Assembly (NCBI RefSeq): GCF_021028975.2
Contig: NC_059427.1
Span: 806,001-870,000 of the forward strand
DNA length: 64,000 nucleotides
Direction of reading: 5' to 3'
From: Sphaerodactylus townsendi
Lineage: Eukaryota
Below, piece after piece: positions 21,185 through 33,100 of this stretch; position 1 is the first letter of the stretch; each line of letters opens with the position of its first letter. The translations under genes were made by a program, and so were the position numbers. A model generated the notes under the pieces. The model saw nothing but the letters and a program-made list of their open reading frames with translations, searched no databases and was not told the DNA's origin.

Positions 21185-24100
21185 ATGGCCTCGCCCGGTG
21201 GGAGCATCGTCGTCCTGGACGAAGAGGAGGAGGAGGGGGGGGACGCCGGGGGGTGCCCGCCCCTCCCTCTGCCGCCGCCGCCGCCGCGACAGGCCCCCGG
21301 GCGGACCCCCCACGCCGCCAACGCCGCCGCGCCGGGCAAGGACCCCGAGAGCCTGCGCGCCCAGAACCAGCGCCTCTTCCAGCAGGTGAGCGCGGCCTCT
21401 CTGGGGTGGGGGGGTGGGGAGAAGGCCGGGCACGGCGGGGGGCGGGGGGGGATGCTCAGTTCGCCCTGCGTGCTGGGGGGAGGGGCGCGCGGGCCCCCCT
21501 TGCCTGGTGCTGCAAAGCCCAGCCTCGGCCCCAGTGGGCCCCAGCTGAAGTTCTTCTTGCATGGGCGGGGGGGGGGAGTGGAGGCTACCTCGCAAGGCTG
21601 CTGTGAAGGGGAGGGTGCGCCACCGAAGAGTGGGCGAGATCCAACGTGGAAGCCGGGATCAGCCGCCGTGGTGCAGCCAGGTTTGGCCCTGCTTTGCTGG
21701 CCTGTCCTGAGGAGGCTGCGGGGTTTGTCTTCCCCCTGAAGCTGCTGCCGTTCCCCAAGGCCAGGCCGCGGAACCGGTGGCCGTGGTGCAGCTGCATGTT
21801 CCGAGGCCGGATGTGTCCCAGGGCTGTCTGCTGCAGAGTGGGAGAGGCCGGAGGCTTTTCGGTTGCCTTGTGTCGAGAAGACCCCCCTCCCTTAGGGTCT
21901 GGCCACTTTCACCCCGAGGAGGCAGTGCAACCGGAGGGTCCCAGCCTGCAAGGGAACTGGGGGTAGTTGCTGTGGGTTTTCCGGGCTCGTGAGAGCGGTG
22001 TGCTGGGGCGCTGTGTGACGCGCGTGCAGGCCAAGTGCGTAACACACCGTGCCCAGTGTTCTCTCTGTGATACACCCCTGAAGATGCCAGCCCCAGATGC
22101 AGGCGTAACGTTAGGAGCAAGACCTACCAGACCACGGCCCAGAAAGCCCACCACAGCCAGTGGAATCCGACCATGAGAGCCTTCGACAATGCACGGGGCA
22201 GGACTTGTTGAGGGGCTGCCAGTAAAGGTTTCTTCCTCCCTAACCGGGCAACCCCTACCCTTGATTGGGGTTCCAGCCTTGGAGGAACTGCATGGCTTGG
22301 GAGCACCTTCCACTTTGGGGGGAAAGCGCTGGGGGTGAGGGTGGGGTGGAATTTGGGCTGTTGCTTAGTGTGGGAACCTTAGATCCGGCAGAACCCTCCA
22401 GTGTGTACCTGTTCCTTCACTCTGAGGCAGTAAACTGATTTCAGTCAACCTGGGTCTGGTTTTGGGGAGGAGGTCGACAGCAGCAGCAACACCTGGAGAG
22501 GGGTGTGGACCTAGAGCAAGTCTTTAAATGAGAGGCCAAGGTATTTATAGCGCTTAACCTGTTCCATTTGGGTGCTTTTCATTGCCCATGTGAGCTTCTT
22601 AAAGCGCCTAGAGAAGACCAATACCTTGGTTTTTTCATAATTAATTGTCAGTCTGTTGGATTCGCAGTAATCCACACAGCGCTTCATTAAGCGTCTGAGG
22701 CCAACTCTGGATCGAGAGAGAAGGACAGCGTCATCTGCATAGAGCAGAATTGATACATGGGATGTACCCAGTTTTGGGGCATGACTGTTCATTGCTGAGA
22801 GAGCAGAGGGGAGGTCACTTAAGAAAAGGTTGAAGAAGAAGAAGAGTTTGGATTTATATCCCCCCTTTCTCTCCTGCAGGAGACTCAAAGGGGCTGACAA
22901 TCTCCTTGCCCTTCCCCCCTCACAACAAACACCCTGTGAGGTAGGTGGGGCTGTGAGAGCTCCGAGAAGCTGTGACTAGCCCAAGGTCACCCAGCTGGCA
23001 TGTGTGGGAGTGCACAAGCTAATCTGAATTCCCCAGATAAGCCTCCACAGCTCAGGCGGCAGAGCTGGGAATCAAACCCGGTTCCTCCAGATTAGATACA
23101 CGAGCTCTTAACCTCCTACGCCACTGCTGCTCCTACGCCACTGATGCTCCTGAAGAGAGTGGGGGCCAGGACGCCGCCCTGTTTGACCCCTTTAGAGATT
23201 GAAATACTGTCTGTCGAAAGGCCTTCGTGGGAACACTTGATCCGGCAACTGGTATTTGTGTGCAGTTGCCTAATTAAGAACAAGAGTCTGGCATCAATGT
23301 TGAGGGCAGCCAGTTTTGTCCAGAGAAGTTCTCTTGGCACAGAGTCAAAGGCAGCCTTTAAATCAATAAAGGCAGTGTAGAGTTTGTTATCTGCATTGAT
23401 TGAGTATTTACTGGCTAGGTGTAATAGCACCAAGGCGTGGTCCAGAGGAGATTTCCCCTTGCGAAAGCCTATTTGTTCAGCCCCCACTGCACCAGAGTGG
23501 GAAAGCCACAGCTGAAGTTTCTTCAGTAGCAATTTAGCATAAATCTTCCCTATCACTGAGAGGAGGCTGATGGGGCGGAAGTTAGCAGGCTCTGAGTGAG
23601 TTCCTTTTTTATGGATGGGAAACACAGTCGCAGACAGCCAAGTCTTGGGTAGGATACCTGGATAGGGGCCAGGATAGGGCCCCCCCAATCAGTATGAAAT
23701 TTCAGAATCTCTGGAATTATAGAATCAGGGCCAGGGGCTTTCCTTCCTTTGAGGTCCTCTAACAGCTCAACTACTTCTTGAGATGAGACAGGAGGCCAAC
23801 TTGGCAAATCTAAAGGGATAGGTGAAGGAGATCCATTGCTTAAAATATCATCATTAAAAAGTTTGCTAAAATAGTCAGGGGTAATAGAGGTAGGGGTAGG
23901 AGGCTTGCTTCGGTTAAAATTATTCAGGACAGCCCAGAGTAGCTTTGAATTGTTAGAAGTTACTGCAGAGTGGAGATGTTCCGATTGAGTGATGACATGT
24001 TCCATATGGTTCTTCCTAATTAGCTGGCGAAAGTTGTTTCTATAATTTATTAGTAGGACGAGGAGGTCCTGGTCTCCTGAAGCCCTGAAGTTCAGATATA

Positions 24101-27100
24101 AGCAGCAAATTTGACTATTGTGCTCCATGCACTCTCTATCAAACCAAGGTGTTCTCTTGACTGTTGCCGGGGGAGAAGGCTAAAGCGGCTTGTTGGTGGG
24201 GGAGGTCCTTGGGGGTCACTCTTCTGTCTTTTGAGCTCATGGAAATGTTTCACCCCCCGCCTCACCCCAAGTTCCTGGCAAAGGGGGCGTTAACTGTGTT
24301 TACCTGTGTTTAAATTGTGTAATGCGGTCAGACATGCAATGCGCTGATTTGTTCTAGGTAAACATATACGCTGCACAGTTTGTTGTATTGTGGCATTAAC
24401 TATGTTGCCAGAGACTCACGGCCGAATCGGTTGGCTGTGGTAGGGTTGCCAGGCTCTGTGGCTGTGGTCTGTTAGTTTTTGCTCCTAATGCTTCGCCCAC
24501 CTCCGTTGCTGCCATGTGTGTAACGGCATGGTGTGCTTCCCCCTGTAATACTGGAGCAAAAACTACCAGACCGCGGCCACACAACCTGGAAAACAGACAA
24601 CAGCCGAGAGCTTCAGCTCTTGACAGTGGATACCCTGAAAAACTGGTTGGTCTGTGAGGCGCTGCTGCATCTGGGCGCACTGCGGGTCAGCACCACTAGA
24701 ACCCTCTAGAGCTGCCCCCTTTTCCATGGGTGTCTTGGGGTGACCCTGCGAGCTGCTGCTGCTGCCCTTTGGCATTTAGGGACATGAGGGAATTGCCTGT
24801 TGCATGTGTACCTGGATGTTTAGGGCTGGAAAATACCTTATCCCCCCCCCCCCCCCCCCCCCAACCCAGCAGAGCTGGCAGGCCTTCTTTTCAGGTGGAG
24901 AGGGTGGGGGCCCTGGCCCAGCAAAGCCCAGTTTGAACAGAGGCTGGTGGTGCTTGGAGGGGGGGAGACCTGACCCCCTCTCTGCCCCCTTGGCAGGAGG
25001 GGAGGAGGCTGGCCGTCAAATGTTTCTAAGCGCACTTTTGGGATCTATTGCACATGTTGACAAAGTTCCTCACCAGAGGGGACGGGGGGGGGGGGGCGTT
25101 CTTAGGGGAAGCAGAGTGTAAAGATGCCGGCTGAGTTCTCCCTCCTTACAGCCGTCCGGCCTTGACAGAATTCCCTCGGCCGGGCGAGGAGCCAGAACCC
25201 TCTGTAGTAACCTTGCTAGCGGCCTTATCATAGATGTTTGAAAGTAGCATTCCTTTCCCATGAGAAGGGACCTGGGTGGTAAGGGGGGAGAAAGGCCCAA
25301 AACGTTTATAACTTGTAGTTTAGGCGGGAGCGGGCAGTCTTGCCATCCCGTGTATGTGTGCTTTCTGAAGTATCTGAATAAACGGACTTTGATTCAATGC
25401 CTGTTATTTCTGCTTCTTTCGGAATTCCTTACACTATTGAGAAAACTCAGCAATGAAGGAATAAGAGGGGAAATCCTCCTATGGATTAAAAACTGGTTGA
25501 GGAACAGGAAACAAAGAGTGGGTGTAAATGGGACGTTCTCACAATGGAGAGATGTATGGAGTGGTGTCCCCCAAGGATCCGTTTTGGGACCAGTGCTCTT
25601 TAACCTATTCATAAATGACCTGGAAGTAGGGGTGGGTAGCGTGGTGGCCAAGTTTGCAGATGATACCAAATTATGTAGGGTGGTGAGAACCACAAAGGAT
25701 TGCGAAGAGCTCCAAGCGGACCTTGATAAATTAGGTGAGTGGGCTAAGAAATGGCAAATGCAGTTCAATGTAAAGTGATGCACATGGGGGCAAAAAATCC
25801 AAACTTCACATACACGCTACTTTGGGCGTCTTAGTTGATAGTTCCATGGGAATGTCAACTCAATGCATGGCAGCTGTGAAAAAGGCAAACTCTAGGCTGG
25901 GGATAATTAGGAAAGGAATTGAGAATAAAACTGCAAAGATTGTCATGCCCTTATATAAAGCAGTAGTGTGACCTCACTTGGAGTACTGTGTTCAGTTCTG
26001 GTCGCCGCATCTCAAAAAGGATATTGAGGAGATAGAAAAAGTGCAGAGAAAGGCAACAAGGATGATTGAGGGACTGGTGCACCTTCCTTATGAGGAGAGG
26101 CTGCAGCGTTTGGGACTCTTTAGTTTGGAGAGGACTGAAGGGGGATATGATTGAAGTCTATAAAATGATGCATGGGGTAGAAAATGTTGACAGAGTGACA
26201 TATTTCTCTCTTTCTCACAATACTAGAACCAGGGAGCATCCATTGACAATGGTGGGGGGAAGAATTAGGACTAATAAAAGGAAACATTTTTTCACGCAAC
26301 ATGTGATTGGTGTTTGGAATGTGCTGCCACCGGAGGTGGTGATGGCCACTAACCTGGATAGCTTTAAAAGGGGCTTGGATAGATTTATGGAGGAGAAGTC
26401 AATTTATGGCTACCAATCTTGATCTTCCTTGATCTGAGATTGCAAATGCCTGAGCAGACCAGGTGCTCGGGAGCAGCAGCAGCAGAAGGCCATTGCTTTC
26501 ACCTCCTGCCTGTGAGCTCCCAAAGGCACCTGGTGGACCACTGAGGGTAGCAGAGAGCTGGATTAGATGGACTCTGGTCTGATCCAGCTGGCTTGTTCTT
26601 ATGTTCTGCGTTTGCCTGTCTATTCGCATGGCCGCGTCTGTTTGTTTCGCTGGGTGTCGGTGCCCTCCAGCCCGGTGTGTCTCCTTTGTTCCCCCACCCC
26701 CTCTCCCCCCGCATGTTCTGAGCTGCTGCCTCTCCCCTGCAGTTCGTTGACTTCTGCTCCCAGTACACCACGGAGCACCCGGAGGTGATGCCCTACCTGG
26801 CCAGCCGGCACCAGAAGACCAGCCCCCAGTTCCTGGCCTCAGTGGAGTTCTGCAACGTGCTGGGGCGCTGCCTGACGCGCGTGCAGGCCAAGCGCAGCAA
26901 GATCTACGTGTACATCAACGAGCTCTGCACGGTCTTCAAGGCCCATTCCCAGAAGAGGAAGCTGGTGGTGACTTCTTCCACTGCCGCTGAGGCCTCTGCT
27001 GCGCCCGCGGAGCCCCCAGCCGAGCCCCCCAAGCCCCGGGGGAGCTCCAAGCGGCAGATCCGGTACCTGGAAAACTTGTTGCAGGTCTACGCCGTAGAGA

Positions 27101-30100
27101 TCCGGCGGCTGCAAGAGCAGGAGCTGGACTTGGAGGACCTGGACCGCGAGGACTCGGCCTACCTGCAGGAGAACCGCTTGAAGCGGCGCATGATGCGCAT
27201 CTTTGAGCGCCTGTGCGAGCTCAAGGACTGCAACAGCCTGACAGGGCGTGTCATCGAGCAGCGCATCCCCTACCGAGGGACTCGCTACCCGGAGGTCAAC
27301 CGCCGCATCGAGCGCCTCATCAACCACCCCGAGGCCTTCCCGGACTACAGCGACATCCTGAAGGTGGTCCAGAAAGCCAGCAGCCGCCACAGCCTGGGCC
27401 TGCCCAAGCGCCAGATGGAGAGCATGGCGGCCGACGCCTTCCGGGAGGTGGGCAATCGCCTGCAGGAGCGGCGGCACCTGGATCTGGTCTACAACTTTGG
27501 CAGCCACCTCACGGACCAGTACCGGCCAGGTGAGAGGAAGGCAGGGGGGCTGTCAGGAGTCAGGCCTTCATCCCATTTGATGGCAGGCTCTGCATTCCAT
27601 CAGTCAGAAGCTGTATTGGAGTGGACGCTTTCAACCTGGCTTTGCAGAAGCCAGGTCTGACCTGTTACTAGGGGCAGGATGTGGGGGGTTGCACGGGGAA
27701 AGTGGAAGAAAGTGAAAGTCTCCTCCCAAGGTCAGGCGGGAGATAGGAAGCCATCTGGCGGAGGAGGCCAGAGATGCCTGTGCCGTCTGCAGACAGGAGG
27801 CAGGAAAGGAGCAGGAGAGGGGCCCCTTTCGGGGTGATCCAGAGGCCCAGCGTGAAGCACCCACGGGCACCCTGACGTCGGGGCTGCAGTAGTTACCACT
27901 GATGTAAACGGCAGCTGCCCCAGGCACTGTGGGGGCCCGTGAGACATGGGGCAGAGCTGGAACTTTGCTGTCAGTCTAATTTCCTTTACCACAAGATTGA
28001 CTCCATTTGACAGGTGTAAAAAGTAATCATAAAGGCCGTTGTGTGTCCCACAAACACTGACGTCTAGAGGAGGGAACTAAATCCTAGAGCAGTGGTGGCG
28101 AACCTATGGCACTCCAGATTGGCCATGCTGACGGGCTGATGGGAATTGTAGTCCATGAACATCTGGAGTGCCATAGGTTCGCCACCACAGTCCTAGAGTG
28201 TAAAGACTGATGGAGTGGAAACTTAGATGCTCTCGCCCTAATGCTGTGACGTTGAGCAGCCACCCCTTTGGAAAGTTGCCCCAAAGTCCAAAACTATCAC
28301 ACGTCATCCACAAAGGGGGAACTTTGCTAAAAGGAGGGAGAGACTAATCAGAAAAGCTGAAAGGACGAGTTGGAGAGTGACTGTTGAATTCCACAGTGAC
28401 TGAGGACCAGAGATTGATTTTGTATTAGCGCCATTTCTCTCTGGGTCTCAAGGCAGATCAAAGCGCCAGCAGAAAAGAACCCCATCCCACCAAAAGGAAT
28501 TAAGCAACAAAAAGGTGTTGTGTAGCAGAAATACACCTGCATTTAGTCGAAGTAAAATGATCACATCACAGTAGATGGTCCATGATAGCCTGCCTTACAT
28601 GTGTATAAAATCACAAGGAGATCCTCAAATACCTCTATCAAAAGGGTTTCTAAGTCAAGGGCAATAAGACCTGAACTTATTGCTCCTGACTTTACGAAAC
28701 CTTTTTGACTGAGGTATTCTAGGCTGCTGCCATAACAAAAAAATTTTCATGGTTGGCGTGTACTGTATTATACCTTGTGAGTGGTCACTGAGTACATGTG
28801 GAAGACCTGGGGGCCCAGGGTATAGAACTGTCTAATTGCTGGTCTTTGTCATTTAAATGATTCATTTGTCCTTGTAGCTGGGTGGCAAGATGATCACTTT
28901 TGACCTCCGAGGGAAGGCCAGTGGGCCAAAGCGGTGTCTGGTTTTAGGTCATGAAGTGTGACGTACCTTGTTTCCCCGAAAATTAGACAGGGTCTTATAT
29001 CAATTATTGCTCCAAAAGATGTTTTAGGGCTTATTTTTAGGGGATGTCTTATTTTTTCCCATGATTTTGTGCCCCACACGGGACTAGATCAGCTGCGTTG
29101 GGGAATCTGTAACTAGGGTTTATTTTTGGAGCAGTGCTTATATTTCAAGCATCCTCCAAAAATCCCCCAGAATCATGCTAGGGCTTATTTTTGGGTTTGG
29201 TCTTATTTTTGGGGAAACTGGGTAGGACCTCCAAGTGTTCAGCCATTGTGACCTTATTCCCATCAGGCAGGCTATCGTGGGCCACCTGCAATGACGTGAT
29301 GATTTTCATTTGAATAAATGCAGGCGTATCTTTGCTATGCAGCAGCTTTTAATTCAGTGGCCCTTCTTTGGGTTTGGGTTGTAGAACCAGCCTGAAATAG
29401 CAGAAGGAAAACATAAGCATTGACATGACACCTTGAATGGTGCAAGATGGCAGAACAGGATCCAGCCGTGCCCAGTAGTGTAGGCCACAGTTCCTCATAA
29501 TTTGCCCAAGTGACTTTGCAGATGGCTTTGTGCCGGGGGCTGATCGCTTTGTTGCCTGCCCAGTTCCTCCCATAGGAAAGCTCCTGAATAGCTAAGCCGT
29601 CACCGTCTAGATCGGAGCCTCTGCTTTGTGGAAGTAATCGCAGCTAGTGGCCCCTTCCTCAGTTTTAGGAGTCAGCAGGTGTCGTGTTACCTTAAATAAC
29701 GGGCGGTTGTTGACTGCCCGGTACAATGATAGCCGAGAAGTCATATCCCGTAGCTGCCAGTGGCTGGTCTCATCTCAGGGGCGGGAGAGGGCATGTTTGG
29801 AGTCCTGAAATCTCCAAGAGAGTCCTTGAATCCAGTGGATTTAGTGAGTCTTTCTGGGCAGATCGTTTCAACTGGTCCTCCTTTTCTGTGGGGTTTTGGA
29901 GCCAGGGCTCGATTTGGAGAGGACACCAAATGGGGAGGAGGAGCAGACACACCAGAAAATAAAATTCAACAAGGTCTGAATGGAGCAATTCAACAAGGAT
30001 AAGTGCCAAGTTGCACACCTGGGCAACAAAATTGAGGATCAGGCGGACTGGACGGGGGTGCACTTCTGGGTGGAAGTGTGTGTGAAGAAAATCTTGGAAT

Positions 30101-33100
30101 ACAATTAGTTACTAATTGTAACTATACGGATTGTTGATCATAAATGTACCATTCAAAACTTAATAAAAATTTAATTATGAAGAAGATTTTCTAGTTCTAA
30201 AAAAAAAAAAGAAAATCTTGGAATATGGGTGAACTGTGAGTTCAATATGAGCATCCAGTGTGGTGCAGTGGCAGAAAAGGCTAATGCAGTTTTAAGATTA
30301 TCAGCATGGGCATAATGTCCCAATTGCAAGGTGTGATAGTCTCACTGGCCAGGCCTCTCCTGGAGTATTGATTGTGTGCAGTTCTGGAGGCCTCACTTCA
30401 CAAAGGACCTGGGCAGGATGGAGCGAATGCAGAGGAGAGCGAGGAGGAGGAGGATCCGGGAGACCCAGCCTGGGGGCGGTGTGACAGACTTTCCAGGCAC
30501 TCTCAGCCTGGAGAAGAGGAGGTTGCGAGTGGGTGGGGGCATGGTTGCTCTCTTGGAGTATCTGAAGGGCTCTGCCACCTAGAGGAGGGCAGGGGGCTGT
30601 TGGGAACAGAGGAGTTGCAACAAGGGGTTTAAATAACAGGCAGAAACATGTCCGTCTTACCCCATATGTCCCAAATAGGCTGCTGCATTCTGCAACGGCG
30701 GCGTTGCTGAAAGTCCCCGGCCCTTCAATGATGCGGCTGGCCTCTACCCGGGCCAAGGCCTTTGCAGCCTAGGCCCCTGCCTGGTGGAGCGCTCTTCCTC
30801 CAGCTGTCCGGGCCCTGAGGGACCTTGGAGAGTTCTGCAGGGCCTGTAAGACTGAGCTGTTCCACCGGGCTTTTGGGGAGGCTGGCCACGGACTGGCTGC
30901 GCCCTGGTGAGGCCCTGCCGTGGTTTTGTCATCCCTGGCAGTGCCCCCCCCCCCCCCGCTGGTTTCATCCATGGGAGCTGCCAGCCCCTCCCAGCCTAAA
31001 GGCCGGCCTTCAGACCGGGTGCCACCAATGTGGGTAGTCTGTTATCATTGGGATTGATGCTGCATATTGAACTTTAAATGTTTTTCGATGTTTTTAAGTA
31101 ATTTATTGGTTTTTGTTGTATCGTGAACCGCCTGGAGCCCTTTGGGGTTGAGGCAGTCTACAAAATCTAATTAATTAATTCATACATAATGGCTGGAAAG
31201 TAGGAAGAAAATGTTCTACAGTGAGAGTAGGTCAGTGACCTCTCACAGTGAGAGCTGGGGGTGAGCTCCCCCCACCCCACCCCCCGCCACACTGGCAGTC
31301 CTCAAACAGGGCCTGGACAATGAACAGCTAACCCTAACCTTGAAGACGATCCAGAACTCCACTGGGAGCCAGTGCAGACGGCATAGCACAGGGGTGATAT
31401 GGTCTGAATAATCACCACCTGTCAAAAGCTGTGCCGCTGCATTCTGGACCAGCTTCAACTTCCGGATCAATCGCAAGGGAAGGCCCGCGTAAAGCGAGTT
31501 ACAGTAATCCAACCTCGAGGTGACCGTCGCATGGATCACAGTGGCCAGGTCGGGCCGGGAGAGATAGGGAGCCAACCGCCGCGCCTGGCGAAGATGAAAA
31601 AACGCAACCTGGGTTACATGGGTCACCTGGCTCTCCATTGACAAGGCAGAGTCCAGGCGGACCCCCAGGCTGCGGGCCAGGGATGTCGGGGCCAGAGCGA
31701 CCCCTTCCAAAATAGGCGGCTGAAGTTCCCTCGGTCTCTCCCCCCGGCCCAGCCAGAGGACCTCCGTCTTTGTTGGATTAAGTTTTAAGTTTTATGGCCC
31801 CGTCCACCCCATTGGTCTATCATCATATGATCTGGTGCTGCGTACTGTTTGCGCACAGTTGGAGAATATGGGGCCCTTTGCATCATCCGTGCCTGGCGAG
31901 GGGTGGGTGGGCAGGGAGCCTAGACAGGTAACCAGCTTCCTGACCACCTACTGGACTTTGATGCCTCCCACTCCCATATTGTCCAGTTCGAACTGCATTG
32001 CAATATTGCGTTCTTTGGGCATCCTGCTATGGGTGAAGACTGCCCCCCTTCCCCAGCCCCAGTCAGTAATGAGCCACTCAGACGCCCGGTCGCCATCCTG
32101 ACCAATGACTGCAGACCAGGGGTCTGGTCTCAATGGCAGCGTTGTCGGGTGAGGCGTCTGAAGTGGCGAGCCTTGGGCTGCTGCTGCTGCTGCTGCTGCT
32201 GCTGCCTGGCAGGAGTGTCCTTTCCCCATCAGCCACACGGGCGCCGGTTCCCTGGGAGTCTGCAGGAGGTCCTGAGTGGTGGTGACTGGTGATCCGGGGG
32301 CTTTCCAGGGGAGCCCTTCCTGCGGGGGAGTTTCCTGTCAAGGAGAGAGAAGCAGCCTTTCCCCCTTCTTACAGAAGCAACGGTGGGTCAGATTTCAGCC
32401 TCCTCTGGGAGAGAGGTTTCTGGAAGAGAGATGAGGCTTTCCTCTGTCTAGCTGGAAGGATGCTTCCCTACCTAGAAAAGTTACATGTCTCCCAAAAAAT
32501 GTCAAGCCACAGAAGGAGGATTCCCCCCCCCCCCCCCCCCACGCTTGAAGTTAACAAAAAACACATCTTGAGGAAAATTGGAATATGTGCAACACTTTCC
32601 TTTCAGACATAAGCTCCCTTTGCTGTTCATTTATGATGAAGGGCCTGCAGCTGCACTTCTGATATTTATGGAATTGAAAGGTGCAGGTGCCCAGCCCTCT
32701 ACAAGCCAAGCTGCTAGTTCACCCCGTACCTGAGAGAGGTGCGCCCGGCTGCTCCCTGCAGGCCTATCTTGACTTGGTGTGATTTTGGGGTAGAGAAAAA
32801 TGCAACCTGGAATCGGAAAGCAGACCTTGGCCCTCAGGACAAGTGGGGGCACAGATGCTGCGTCACACGGAGGCTGCCGCCCCAAGCAGAGTTGCGCCTT
32901 AACCAGTCCTGAGGGGATTCCTTCTGGAGAGCGAGACCTGTAGTGACCGCAGCGTCCCCACGCCCTCGCAGTTAGTGATGCCGCTGGGATGTTATATCCC
33001 CAGATTTCTGGATCCTCCTTTTCCATTTTTAAAAATTCTCCAGCCGCATGTGCCGGGCTCCTCGTGCCTCGCAGCATTTCATGGTCCTGCGGGATTCCCA

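Noticed and set aside
30648-31790. Two L2 pieces nearly contiguous in the consensus but oppositely oriented, suggesting a local inversion
   Set aside because: The plus piece is nested in a CR1 that continues in the same orientation on both sides, so two independent insertions are simpler.
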